Sequence record: LC739536.1
Strand: one strand, 5' to 3'
DNA from: Escherichia phage phiWec187
Length of the DNA stretch: 64,000 nt
A model generated the notes under the pieces. That model had not been told where the DNA came from and ran no database searches. It saw nothing but the letters and a program-made list of their open reading frames with translations. Both the position numbers and the translations under genes were made by a program. Every line of letters begins with the position of its first letter. The stretch's first letter is position 1. Positions 17,938-27,019 of the stretch are shown here, in pieces.

Positions 17938-18549
17938 TTATACCAGACTTTTAAGGTACTTGTCAAGGGCTTCTTGATCACCTTGACAAACATAGCAACG
18001 GAAGTCTTGAGCAGAAGGTTCTTTGTCCTCGTCCCAATCCCAATAGACAGTACCTTTATAGCGTGAGCCTGGGAACTCGAAGTATGCCACATGAGTAATA
18101 TGGTGTGGGCCACCCCAAAACTCTGTAAAAGTAAATTGAGGATACGCTGCTTTAACTGTATTTTCAAACCAAGTTTTACGATCTAATGCTTCGTTTATAA
18201 AATAAGCATGGCGTTCCATTTCATCCCAATCTTTCCAAACGCATTTTTCATCCAGAGAGAAAACAAAATTTTCACTGTTAAACTCGTCTGTATCTGATTC
18301 CAAAATATCATAGTCATGTGCACTAGGTATCCACCATCCAGCTTCTAATAGTGCTTTTGCAGGTACAAAACCTTTTTCAGCGTATTGATCAAATTCTTTT
18401 ACTCTACGTACAGTGCAGTATTCATCTTCACCACCAATGTCCAGTAGACAAGCACCTTTGCGTCTTGCTGCAAGACCATGTGTATCAAAAACTACAACAC
18501 TACCTTCACCGTCTTCACGATCTACTTGATATGCAACTTTTTGAGTCAT
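17938..18549 (-). CDS. hypothetical protein
   Basis: track ORF 17938-18705 trimmed to Met53; Trp/Asp-rich; no recognised motif. Confidence 0.45.
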   Translation of the reverse strand: MTQKVAYQVDREDGEGSVVVFDTHGLAARRKGACLLDIGGEDEYCTVRRVKEFDQYAEKGFVPAKALLEAGWWIPSAHDYDILESDTDEFNSENFVFSLDEKCVWKDWDEMERHAYFINEALDRKTWFENTVKAAYPQFTFTEFWGGPHHITHVAYFEFPGSRYKGTVYWDWDEDKEPSAQDFRCYVCQGDQEALDKYLKSLV

Positions 18550-18673
18550 ATTACCCCCCAATGTATATGGGAAATTAACCAAAAGATAAATTCCCAAAAA
18601 CACCAACCAAGAAAAGTTAATGGAATTATAAAGGCTATCAAAGCAGTCTTCCAGCCTTTCCACAATGTTTCCA

Positions 18674-19663
18674 CTATTCCTCCATACATTTAAGAATATG
18701 TGCAATGACAGGTATAGTCCAACCGTTACCTAACATCTTATATGCTTGTGTGTTACTACTCACTTTAAAGTAGTCATCTGGCACACCTTGCAAACGGCAA
18801 CACTCTTTAACGGTTAACTTTCTATAATGTACGCCTTCACTCAATTTTTCAAAAGCATCTAAATATCTTCCAGGTGGAATGTAAGCTAATAGTACGTCTT
18901 TCGGCACAGTCGTGAGGCAACGAGTTTTTTCACTGTCCTGAACTTCCAAACAATGTACCAAACGATCAGTTTTAGATGTACTACGTTTGCCATTTTCATT
19001 AATTCTACGCCCATATATTGCTGCTGGATAAAAAACCAGTTGTCTGCGACTCTTTTCAAAATACTGTTCTATATTACCACCTTTGGCATAATTTGCATCT
19101 ATGCAATAAGCCTTATCTCTGTCTACAATACTATCATCTTCAATGATATCTTGCAACACTTCATTGGTAATATCCCAAGGTTTTATTTCCCAGTTGCACC
19201 AGTATAAACGTTGTCTATTCTGTGCCGTGAAATCTGCGGAATTAATGAATACGGGATCAACACCTAAGTAACTTGTGATCACGTTTTCCCACTCCACTTT
19301 CATCTTAACGTTTTCAAGCATGAACTTAACATTAGGATTAAACTTTTTAATATGTTCAAGAATTTCAACATATTCGAAGAATAGCTTAGATCGCGGATCT
19401 TGAAAGTTCAAACCCTTACCAGAAGAAGAGAAGCCTTGACACGGACTACCACCTAACAAAAGATCAATTTCTCCCCACGGAATATCCCATTCTCTCCATT
19501 TTGTAACATCACCTAACTGAATAATATCTGGAAAATTTGCTTGGCTTTCAGCTATGGCGAATTTGTCTAATTCTGAAGCATAATACTTATCTACTTCAAT
19601 ACCTGCACTTTTTAGTGCAAGCATTCCTCCTGACATACCATCAAAAAGACTTAAAACTTTCAT
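18674..19663 (-). CDS. DNA (cytosine-5)-methyltransferase
   Basis: motif I LFDGMSGG, motif IV GGSPCQGFSSSG, ENV motif (MLENV). Confidence 0.8.
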   Translation of the reverse strand: MKVLSLFDGMSGGMLALKSAGIEVDKYYASELDKFAIAESQANFPDIIQLGDVTKWREWDIPWGEIDLLLGGSPCQGFSSSGKGLNFQDPRSKLFFEYVEILEHIKKFNPNVKFMLENVKMKVEWENVITSYLGVDPVFINSADFTAQNRQRLYWCNWEIKPWDITNEVLQDIIEDDSIVDRDKAYCIDANYAKGGNIEQYFEKSRRQLVFYPAAIYGRRINENGKRSTSKTDRLVHCLEVQDSEKTRCLTTVPKDVLLAYIPPGRYLDAFEKLSEGVHYRKLTVKECCRLQGVPDDYFKVSSNTQAYKMLGNGWTIPVIAHILKCMEE

Positions 19664-20076
19664 TATTGCTTCTTCTCCTTAACACTAGCTGGTAATTCTG
19701 CCTTAAGACAGAAGTTTAAACGGTAAGCCTCATTTTCATTTAAAAGTACAGATTCGCACGATAACCAAAACAAGAGATCCTCAATACTAGGACTGTGAAG
19801 CCAACAGTGCAGAAGAGAATGTTGTTCTATATCAATGTAATTTAGCAACAAGCCTTGTAAGGCATAGCTAGTTCCTGTCGTTTTTGCTTTTTCAAGGATG
19901 ATATTGTGTTTACTAACAACCTTCTTTCTAAGACCAAACCATTTACTAACAACAACAGTCTCTTCTTGCAGTTGTTTTCTTATTTTCTCACATTCTTTAA
20001 CTACAATCTGCATCTTATCCACTGCTGATTGAAGTTGTTCTTTTGTTGGGTTTACAAAATAGTCACTATAATACAT
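19663..20076 (-). CDS. hypothetical protein
   Basis: track ORF; stop overlaps methyltransferase start. Confidence 0.5.
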   Translation of the reverse strand: MYYSDYFVNPTKEQLQSAVDKMQIVVKECEKIRKQLQEETVVVSKWFGLRKKVVSKHNIILEKAKTTGTSYALQGLLLNYIDIEQHSLLHCWLHSPSIEDLLFWLSCESVLLNENEAYRLNFCLKAELPASVKEKKQ

Positions 20077-20126
20077 GCTAATCTCCTCTTCTGTTTTTGT
20101 GTAGTTTATTCGAAAAAACTGGTGTT

Positions 20127-20154
20127 GTCAACAAAAAACCCGCCGAAGCGGGTT
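20127..20154 (-). terminator. rho-independent terminator
   Basis: AACCCGCCGAAGCGGGTT hairpin; TTTTTTGTTG on minus strand. Confidence 0.6.
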
Positions 20155-20158
20155 TATA

Positions 20159-20416
20159 TTATTCTACAGGAATTTCTTCACCAAGAGAAACTTCCAAACG
20201 GAATGCTTTACTTTCAATACATTCACTACCTTTTAAGAAATCGAATTGCACTATAGACTGACTTAATAGAATAGATAGAATCACATCGCAATCTTCACTA
20301 GGAGCTAGATGTTTGTATTCTTCCTTCAAGGTAACATCATAAAAACATAAATCCCCTACTCCGAGTTCATCCCATCCTTCCCACGCATCTACAAAGTTAA
20401 ACTCTAAACCTTTCAT
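20159..20416 (-). CDS. hypothetical acidic protein
   Basis: track ORF. Confidence 0.45.
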   Translation of the reverse strand: MKGLEFNFVDAWEGWDELGVGDLCFYDVTLKEEYKHLAPSEDCDVILSILLSQSIVQFDFLKGSECIESKAFRLEVSLGEEIPVE

Positions 20417-20937
20417 ACAACCTCCTCGTAATTGTTATTGTGTTTTACTGTCTCAACATACAATAAAGATTCCATCTGTAATACATTACCAGAAATAATA
20501 AACCCATAAGCCATTTCAGATGTGTCTATATCATATGCCCCGTCTTCCGGTTTAGCAAAGTGTAAAACTATTTCATCTGGGTTTTCTTCATCCCATATTT
20601 TAGAAATTTTCCGAACCAGAATATTAGCTAAAATAGTTGACATTCGGGATAAAGCTGTATCCTCGTATCTTTTAAAACCTAACCAATAGAGGTTAAGAAT
20701 TTCTACTTCTTCTTGTGTTAAGTTTTTGTCTAAAGTAATCAGATCTGTAGGATACATCGTTTCTGTTGAACCTACTATTACAAAACCTGGAGTGTTATGA
20801 AAAACAATCTTAACTTTATCACGTATGAAGTTTAAACCTTGTGCCTCAACTATATATTGTATTGTAGGTACAATATCGTTTGTTACGTCAATAAAGCTAT
20901 CTTTAATGACGCTTATATTATTTCTGGACAAGACCAT
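20413..20937 (-). CDS. hypothetical protein
   Basis: track ORF. Confidence 0.5.
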   Translation of the reverse strand: MVLSRNNISVIKDSFIDVTNDIVPTIQYIVEAQGLNFIRDKVKIVFHNTPGFVIVGSTETMYPTDLITLDKNLTQEEVEILNLYWLGFKRYEDTALSRMSTILANILVRKISKIWDEENPDEIVLHFAKPEDGAYDIDTSEMAYGFIISGNVLQMESLLYVETVKHNNNYEEVV

Positions 20938-21496
20938 TCTCCTCTAAAATAGGTTTAATAAATTCGAAGATTTGTTTTTTACTTTTACCTCGAATATTAA
21001 AACAAGGAACATTAAACTTTTTAGCCAACATCCAAGCTGTTCTTGTACCACCTAAAGGATCTCCATTTTTATCTGTATTTGCACAAGCTAAAAGAAAACA
21101 AGATGGTTTTGGATTCTCAAGATCTCTGCCAAGAACTTGGTGGATATTTCTTTGATGTAATTTTTTAGCACCTTGAGATAATCTGTCCCAAGCTGGATGC
21201 AATTCTTTTGCATATTGCAAAGTTAGAGCATAGTTTACACTATCTGGTCTGTCAAGAACAATAACCTCTCCATCTATCTCATTACCTTTAAACGAAGGCC
21301 AAGGAATGTATATTTCTTTCTTTGTATTGTTTCCACTATCATATACCCCGCATTCAAATGCGGAATCTGCACCTTCTGCTTTACCAGATCGCAAAATGAA
21401 CCATGTAGATAACCATTTTGCAACAGCTACCATAGTGTCCCATTCTTCGTCTGTAATGTCTCTACTACCAACACCTGTGTAGAATAAATCGCTCAT
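20918..21496 (-). CDS. DprA/SLOG-like Rossmann-fold protein
   Basis: trimmed to Met40 with AAGGAG RBS; GVGSR...SGKAEGADSAFE resembles DprA/Smf nucleotide-binding motif; weak. Confidence 0.35.
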   Translation of the reverse strand: MSDLFYTGVGSRDITDEEWDTMVAVAKWLSTWFILRSGKAEGADSAFECGVYDSGNNTKKEIYIPWPSFKGNEIDGEVIVLDRPDSVNYALTLQYAKELHPAWDRLSQGAKKLHQRNIHQVLGRDLENPKPSCFLLACANTDKNGDPLGGTRTAWMLAKKFNVPCFNIRGKSKKQIFEFIKPILEENGLVQK

Positions 21497-21506
21497 GGTT
21501 TTCTCC

Positions 21507-21827
21507 TTAACAAGTAATATTGGGAATAATATTAGGAGTAACAATTGGAGTAATAGGATACGTATACCAAGGGCTTCCAATTTCCCAGGGATTATAAGGT
21601 GTATGAGGATCAAATGGAGGCGTTACTTGAGGCTTTTTCCAAATCTCCTCTAGTTGTTTCTTCCATTTATCCCTTGCTGTCTCGTTATCTTCATCCAACT
21701 GTTCGTCATTATCTTTTATTTCTGGTTTTGGAAATAAAAGCTCTTTGACTAACTCAACGTCTTCTGTTTCAATAGTAGTTTCTTTCGTAATATTCCCTAC
21801 CGTCTCTTTAATTGTGACTTTATACAT
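21507..21827 (-). CDS. hypothetical protein
   Basis: track ORF; Pro/Thr-rich C-terminus. Confidence 0.45.
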   Translation of the reverse strand: MYKVTIKETVGNITKETTIETEDVELVKELLFPKPEIKDNDEQLDEDNETARDKWKKQLEEIWKKPQVTPPFDPHTPYNPWEIGSPWYTYPITPIVTPNIIPNITC

Positions 21828-22573
21828 TAGTCCTCCTCTAAAGTAGAATAAAATTGTAACGTATTTGAATCATCAAAATATGCAAAGGTTAAATTACCAT
21901 TGAAGCAAGATCCTGTATCCATATATACCCTATTACTGCTAATTACAGGTTTAGGAACATAAGAATGCCCGTGAAATACATAATCTACTCCTGAAACTCT
22001 AGGAAGAAGAATCCCTTCAAGGGCGCAATCTATCATATCACGATCCCACATTAAAGATTCTGTGAATCGAGATACTTGTTCTTTATTCATATTCGAACAA
22101 AATGGCAAAACTTCCGTCACTGGCAGATGTTCCAAAACTGAAGGATATCCCCCGTGAATAAAGCCTAGTTTCATATTACGATAATTGACAACAAGTACAA
22201 CAGGTAAGTCTTCTAGCATCAAAGCAAGAGCAGTTGCACCTTCTTCTCCACACTCATTTAGAACTGTATGGCCTCCGTTCTGAAACCAACATTCGTAATA
22301 TCGCCTATCACCTTCTAGCAACCCTTTAATCATCATATCTTCGTGATTTCCACGAATACCATAGCGATTTAGCTTTCTGGTGAATTCAACGGTACAACGA
22401 AAATTCTGCTTGCCGCGATCTGTAAGATCTCCTAAAGATACAACAACATCTTGATCTCGGATACCTAAAGTATTAACACCTTTCTGGTACAAATCAAAGC
22501 AACCATGTAAATCACCAATAATAAACAGGTCTTGATCATCTTTTACACTAATTTCTTGATATACTAGCATCAA
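21827..22573 (-). CDS. Ser/Thr protein phosphatase (metallophosphatase)
   Basis: GDLHG, GDLTDRG, GNHE, GH motifs of the calcineurin-like PPP family. Confidence 0.75.
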   Translation of the reverse strand: MMLVYQEISVKDDQDLFIIGDLHGCFDLYQKGVNTLGIRDQDVVVSLGDLTDRGKQNFRCTVEFTRKLNRYGIRGNHEDMMIKGLLEGDRRYYECWFQNGGHTVLNECGEEGATALALMLEDLPVVLVVNYRNMKLGFIHGGYPSVLEHLPVTEVLPFCSNMNKEQVSRFTESLMWDRDMIDCALEGILLPRVSGVDYVFHGHSYVPKPVISSNRVYMDTGSCFNGNLTFAYFDDSNTLQFYSTLEED

Positions 22574-22896
22574 CTCTCCTCAAAATCCATAAGTATAAAG
22601 ATATTAACTTTACCTTCTATATTATGTTCTACAACAAGATCTGCAAATTCTTTGTAGGCTTTTTCTTCTATTTGTTCAATGTGAGACGCTACATCTTTAT
22701 ATATAGCATCACCATCTACTTTAACAAGGAGGAATAGAGATCTTACCTCAATCTCTTTATTTTTGCGGGGTAGAAAATCGACGGCTTCTTGTATACGCCA
22801 GCCGAGATACCCTGGAGTCCTTTGAATATCCTCCAAATGACTTTCTAAGATTTCCCTTCCTTTGTCTATTAAAGCCTGTTCTGTCGTTATTTTCAT
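22570..22896 (-). CDS. hypothetical protein
   Basis: track ORF. Confidence 0.5.
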   Translation of the reverse strand: MKITTEQALIDKGREILESHLEDIQRTPGYLGWRIQEAVDFLPRKNKEIEVRSLFLLVKVDGDAIYKDVASHIEQIEEKAYKEFADLVVEHNIEGKVNIFILMDFEES

Positions 22897-22906
22897 CCCC
22901 TTCTCC

Positions 22907-23479
22907 TTAATGTGTTAATGAAACTGCGTAACTAAACACAGGTTCAGATATTACATCGGCTACAGTAATAAAAACGTCTTCGTCTTGAGTTGTTTCTACA
23001 CGACATACAGTTACACCATTCACCACGAATTCAACGCAATGTGGAATATCTTCACAAACGAAGGTAGTGTAAGTAACACCAAAAGCATCATACAAAGATT
23101 TAACAGTGTTTGCAAGTGCCGCAGTTTCTTCTTTTTCTGAGACAATGAATGCTGTAACAACAAGATTGTTTGCATAGTTTAGACTGTCCTCTATAGCCAA
23201 TGATTTACAAGGTAGTAATGCAAAATATTTACCTGGTTTAATCAGACCTGCTTCCCATTGATTCAAAATTGCCTGGGATGGTTTAGTAATATAAAACAGA
23301 TTTTCACTTGGGTTATCAATATTACTTCTGGCGATACAACGTGAAGGATTATTAATATCAAATACATGATCAAAATCTACACAAACAGGTAAACTGAAAG
23401 GTGTGAATTTTTTACCTAATAATCCTATGGCTGATAATATGTTTGCTGTGCTTATCTTCCCGTTAAAAGCTAAACGCAT
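22907..23479 (-). CDS. hypothetical protein
   Basis: track ORF. Confidence 0.5.
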   Translation of the reverse strand: MRLAFNGKISTANILSAIGLLGKKFTPFSLPVCVDFDHVFDINNPSRCIARSNIDNPSENLFYITKPSQAILNQWEAGLIKPGKYFALLPCKSLAIEDSLNYANNLVVTAFIVSEKEETAALANTVKSLYDAFGVTYTTFVCEDIPHCVEFVVNGVTVCRVETTQDEDVFITVADVISEPVFSYAVSLTH

Positions 23480-23490
23480 ATTTAACTCCT

Positions 23491-23694
23491 TTAACTAGCA
23501 ACCGTAACTTCCGAACTTTCTTCTTTCGTACTGTCTACGATATGCCTGGTGGCAATATACGAGACTTGCCAGTTACCATCTGGTGTAGTCTCAATAAGTA
23601 CCCTATCTACTTCGAGAAAATGCAAAAATTCAACCATCGCTCGCTTCGATAGGAATTGTTTTTTAACAGTCTCCTCAAAAGATTGAACTGCCAT
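23491..23694 (-). CDS. hypothetical protein
   Basis: track ORF. Confidence 0.45.
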   Translation of the reverse strand: MAVQSFEETVKKQFLSKRAMVEFLHFLEVDRVLIETTPDGNWQVSYIATRHIVDSTKEESSEVTVAS

Positions 23695-23703
23695 GTTTCC
23701 TCC

Positions 23704-24366
23704 TTATTTAATATTCAATTTTGCACAAAGACGTTGTACAGCTTTGGCATCGAACAAACTCCCACGAATAGTTCTCTTTCCTGATTCATTCAGATGCTTT
23801 GCAATCGTCATATATGGCGTTTTACAAGCTCTGTATGCAACTAAAGAATCTTTTAAAGAAAGTGCAAACTCTTTTGAGCGTTTTGCTTCTTCCGTTTTCG
23901 TATAATCTGTTCTTTTGTATTTAGGGTTTGCTGCACCAAGAAGCGTTCCCTTCGCTTTTGCTACCTTAAGGCTCTTCTTAACACGATCAGATATTGCACG
24001 AGCCTCTTCTTCTGCCAGAACTGCTAAAATATTTATTATCATATTTTCAGCGGAGGGCATAGTGGCTATCCGTACATTAATCATCTCTAACAAGGTTGCA
24101 ACAGAAGCTGTGTTACGTCCAAGACGGTCAACCTTAGCAACAACAAGTGTAGCACCTGTTTCTTTGCAAAGATTAACAGCTTTTACAAGCTCTCTACGTT
24201 GCTTCCAATCTCCTTTACCCGAATAAAACTCTGCAAAGCTACCTACAATAGTATAATTTTCTTGTGAATCCAGGAAGCGTTGGATATCTGCTTCCTGTGA
24301 TTCTATACCATACTGGTTGCCTTGTTGTTTCTTCTTAGAAAGTCGATGATACAGTACAAACTTCAT
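23704..24366 (-). CDS. serine recombinase (resolvase/invertase family)
   Basis: YHRLSKKKQ catalytic-Ser block, VDRLGRN, ILAVLAEEEARAISDR, C-terminal HTH; 220 aa. Confidence 0.75.
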   Translation of the reverse strand: MKFVLYHRLSKKKQQGNQYGIESQEADIQRFLDSQENYTIVGSFAEFYSGKGDWKQRRELVKAVNLCKETGATLVVAKVDRLGRNTASVATLLEMINVRIATMPSAENMIINILAVLAEEEARAISDRVKKSLKVAKAKGTLLGAANPKYKRTDYTKTEEAKRSKEFALSLKDSLVAYRACKTPYMTIAKHLNESGKRTIRGSLFDAKAVQRLCAKLNIK

Positions 24367-24423
24367 AATACCCTCCTGTTCTGTTACAGGAAGTATGCAC
24401 TACCTTAACGTTAAAGTCAACAG

Positions 24424-24627
24424 TTAAGTAGTGGTAATATCATCTTCTTGAATACCAGGGTCAACTTCTGCAAAGATAGCCTCTACAGGAATTTCTTCAC
24501 CTGCTATTCTAGAAAGAAGCACTGAACCAATAGCTTTTGCGTGTTCTTCGGATTCCGCATAAACATTAGTTCCTGTGTCTTTTTTCTTAGTTTCGTTAAA
24601 ATATACCAGATAGTAATTGTATGCCAT
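24424..24627 (-). CDS. hypothetical protein
   Basis: track ORF. Confidence 0.4.
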   Translation of the reverse strand: MAYNYYLVYFNETKKKDTGTNVYAESEEHAKAIGSVLLSRIAGEEIPVEAIFAEVDPGIQEDDITTT

Positions 24628-24878
24628 TATTCATCCCAATCGCCGTTACGAGCACTTTCAAGAACCTTGACAACTTCTGCATACTCTACAGCTAAACCAG
24701 CACATACTTCAGCTTGTTTTGCAATTGCTTGTTTAAAGAACATAGCGATTGCAACACTCTGTGTTGTGTGAATGTTATCTGCTTTAGTTGATACATGAAG
24801 ATCAAAATCTTCTTCATCAAAGGTGAGTTCCATAGTAACAATAAATTTCTCGGTCATAAAAATGCTCCTCTTAAACAA
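24627..24878 (-). CDS. hypothetical protein
   Basis: track ORF. Confidence 0.45.
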   Translation of the reverse strand: MFKRSIFMTEKFIVTMELTFDEEDFDLHVSTKADNIHTTQSVAIAMFFKQAIAKQAEVCAGLAVEYAEVVKVLESARNGDWDE

Positions 24879-25380
24879 AATAGAAAGGTTGAGTTAAACC
24901 CAGCCTGTTTTTTGGGTCGTAGACGTACCAAGCATATGCTGTCTTATCAGTACCACCTGCAACAAAAGATGGTCGTTCAGAAAGAACAATCAAATTTGTT
25001 GGTGGATTCTGTTTATGGAATTCCCTTCGTTTAATAGACTCTAGGAACCCAAGACGCAACAAGTATATGCAAACGTCTGCTTCTTTTAAGCTCTTTTGCA
25101 AGAACTCAAGTGCAAGTTTGAATGGGGGATTTGTGATTATAATATCCGGCTTAGTATGCCATTCGTGGTTAAAATAATCTTTCCCTTCTTCTAACTCACA
25201 ATATTCTGATCCTTCTGGAAAATGTTGATAAATTGCAGCAGCAGCGCCTTTACACGGTTCTGCAAAAATAAAACCTTCTTCTTTAAGGTTATTAAAATCT
25301 ATTACACTAAATAATGCATTTATACATTTTTGTGGAGTAGGATAGTAATCAGTTGGTGGACGATCATACTTATTTGCCAC
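24871..25380 (-). CDS. DNA N6-adenine methyltransferase (phage Dam-like)
   Basis: DYYPTP block and catalytic NPPF (DPPY-type) motif. Confidence 0.65.
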   Translation of the reverse strand: MANKYDRPPTDYYPTPQKCINALFSVIDFNNLKEEGFIFAEPCKGAAAAIYQHFPEGSEYCELEEGKDYFNHEWHTKPDIIITNPPFKLALEFLQKSLKEADVCIYLLRLGFLESIKRREFHKQNPPTNLIVLSERPSFVAGGTDKTAYAWYVYDPKNRLGLTQPFYFV

Positions 25381-25798
25381 TACTTAAAATCTCCTCTTTT
25401 GTGATTTCAGGGTCTTCTTCAAAAACCATAATATCTCTTAAGAACGTTAATTCTTCCATAGATACTGGTATTATATCTTCTTCTGTTTTTCGTTTACATA
25501 AATCGTCAAGAAAGTTTTTAAAGTTTTCTGACAAATCGTAAAATTTCAACAGTTGATAATCACAGGAGGAGATCCTATCTAGTTCTAACATTCTTTCTAA
25601 GATATTTTCTGTGTTGCCATACAGCACACGAACTTCTCCGAAAGGGTTGACTGAATATTGTGAAGTTCTGAACCATCCCTTTTTAGATACAGTGTAACAC
25701 TGTTCTGCTAAACTTTCAATAAAATTTTTAGCTCTTTTACAGTTTTGTTCTAAAGAGTAGTAGGCTTTTTCTACAAAGGTTACAGGTACTGGTAACAT
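25370..25798 (-). CDS. hypothetical protein
   Basis: track ORF. Confidence 0.5.
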   Translation of the reverse strand: MLPVPVTFVEKAYYSLEQNCKRAKNFIESLAEQCYTVSKKGWFRTSQYSVNPFGEVRVLYGNTENILERMLELDRISSCDYQLLKFYDLSENFKNFLDDLCKRKTEEDIIPVSMEELTFLRDIMVFEEDPEITKEEILSSGK

Positions 25799-25838
25799 AT
25801 CTCCTCCTAATAACCCCCTTGCGGGGGTTTATACTAGA

Positions 25839-26492
25839 TTAATTATCAGAGGATACTTTATCAAGTTTTTCAGAGACTGTCAATACTTTTTCTTGTGATT
25901 CTTTCATTTCTGCTAAAATACTTTCAGCTTCATCACTATCAGGATCACCAGTCAACAGCATACTAATTAGTTGCTCCTTGCTGAAGTTCAGAATATCTTC
26001 CGCTGTTAGCTCCAGTTGTTCTTCGATCTCTTCGATAAAAGTTTCACCGCCTGAAAAAGCATCTCGCAGTTTTGCAACTTCCATCGCTTCTTCTGGGGTT
26101 GCCCCAGCATCTAAAGCTGCTAAAGCAAAATCTGCCCCACTACCCACAGCATAATAATCTTCAGTTAAAGGATATGCTCGCGTGGGATTATTACCCTCGT
26201 GCATATAAATTTTACCGTCTGGGTGAACAACCAATGCCACAAATTCTTCATCTTCTTTATCAGGATCTGACTGGATCACCAAACCTGGGATTGTCTCTTG
26301 TGCTGCTTGGCATTGTAAGTTTTGTTCGAACCAAGAAAAGAAAGTCAGGATAGAAGACAGACGTCCTGCACCACCAACAAGGTAATCCCCAATTTTACGC
26401 ACTTTCTTGAAATTTAAAGTGTCTACACGACTACCTACTGTTACTTTACCGTCAGACAGAATTTTGTTACGTGTTGCAATAATTGTTGTCAT
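25839..26492 (-). CDS. hslV: HslV-like Ntn-hydrolase peptidase
   Basis: N-terminal MTTI (Thr nucleophile), KKVRK, GGAG, AVGSGADFALAA resemble HslV; acidic C-terminal extension. Confidence 0.55.
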   Translation of the reverse strand: MTTIIATRNKILSDGKVTVGSRVDTLNFKKVRKIGDYLVGGAGRLSSILTFFSWFEQNLQCQAAQETIPGLVIQSDPDKEDEEFVALVVHPDGKIYMHEGNNPTRAYPLTEDYYAVGSGADFALAALDAGATPEEAMEVAKLRDAFSGGETFIEEIEEQLELTAEDILNFSKEQLISMLLTGDPDSDEAESILAEMKESQEKVLTVSEKLDKVSSDN

Positions 26493-26983
26493 TGTACTTC
26501 CTCCTGTAGTGTTTTAAGGACTGCTTTACCACCGCTCACATATTTACGGAGGTAATCAATAGCTCTTAGTGTTTCTTTATCCACAAGAATTTTATTAGTT
26601 CTTGTTAGTGGATGATTTAGTAAATCACTGCAATTTCTTACTAACATAGATTTCTTGTGAAAGATACTGCTAAGAAAAAGAAGTTTAGAATCTTCTTCAT
26701 CAATCAGGAGTAATTCTGAATTAGACCCAGCTATATTTATTATACACTCAAACAAGCCTTCTTGACTATCAGATAATTCCTGGTGATATTTAGTTAACCA
26801 ATCCTCGCCTTTTAACCAACTAAAAAACATCTGAACTTTTTGCAAAGTTGTCATGTTCTCTAAACGAAGAGATATTTCTTTTTCAATCTTGTCAATATAA
26901 ATCTGTCTAAACTCATTCGGCTTAACTAAGCCAGCTTGATAGCATTCATCAATACCATTGCGATCAATCTCAATTAGCGTCAT
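26489..26983 (-). CDS. hypothetical protein
   Basis: track ORF; stop overlaps HslV-like start. Confidence 0.5.
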   Translation of the reverse strand: MTLIEIDRNGIDECYQAGLVKPNEFRQIYIDKIEKEISLRLENMTTLQKVQMFFSWLKGEDWLTKYHQELSDSQEGLFECIINIAGSNSELLLIDEEDSKLLFLSSIFHKKSMLVRNCSDLLNHPLTRTNKILVDKETLRAIDYLRKYVSGGKAVLKTLQEEVQ

Positions 26984-27019
26984 TTAACCTCCATAACAGG
27001 CATCCTTGCCTTGTAATTA

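Noticed and set aside
23704-24366. Serine recombinase as evidence of a temperate lifestyle
   Set aside because: No repressor, integrase-type attachment site or lysogeny module is visible; the gene content (tRNAs, nucleotide metabolism, RNA repair) fits a virulent phage, so the recombinase is flagged as unexplained.
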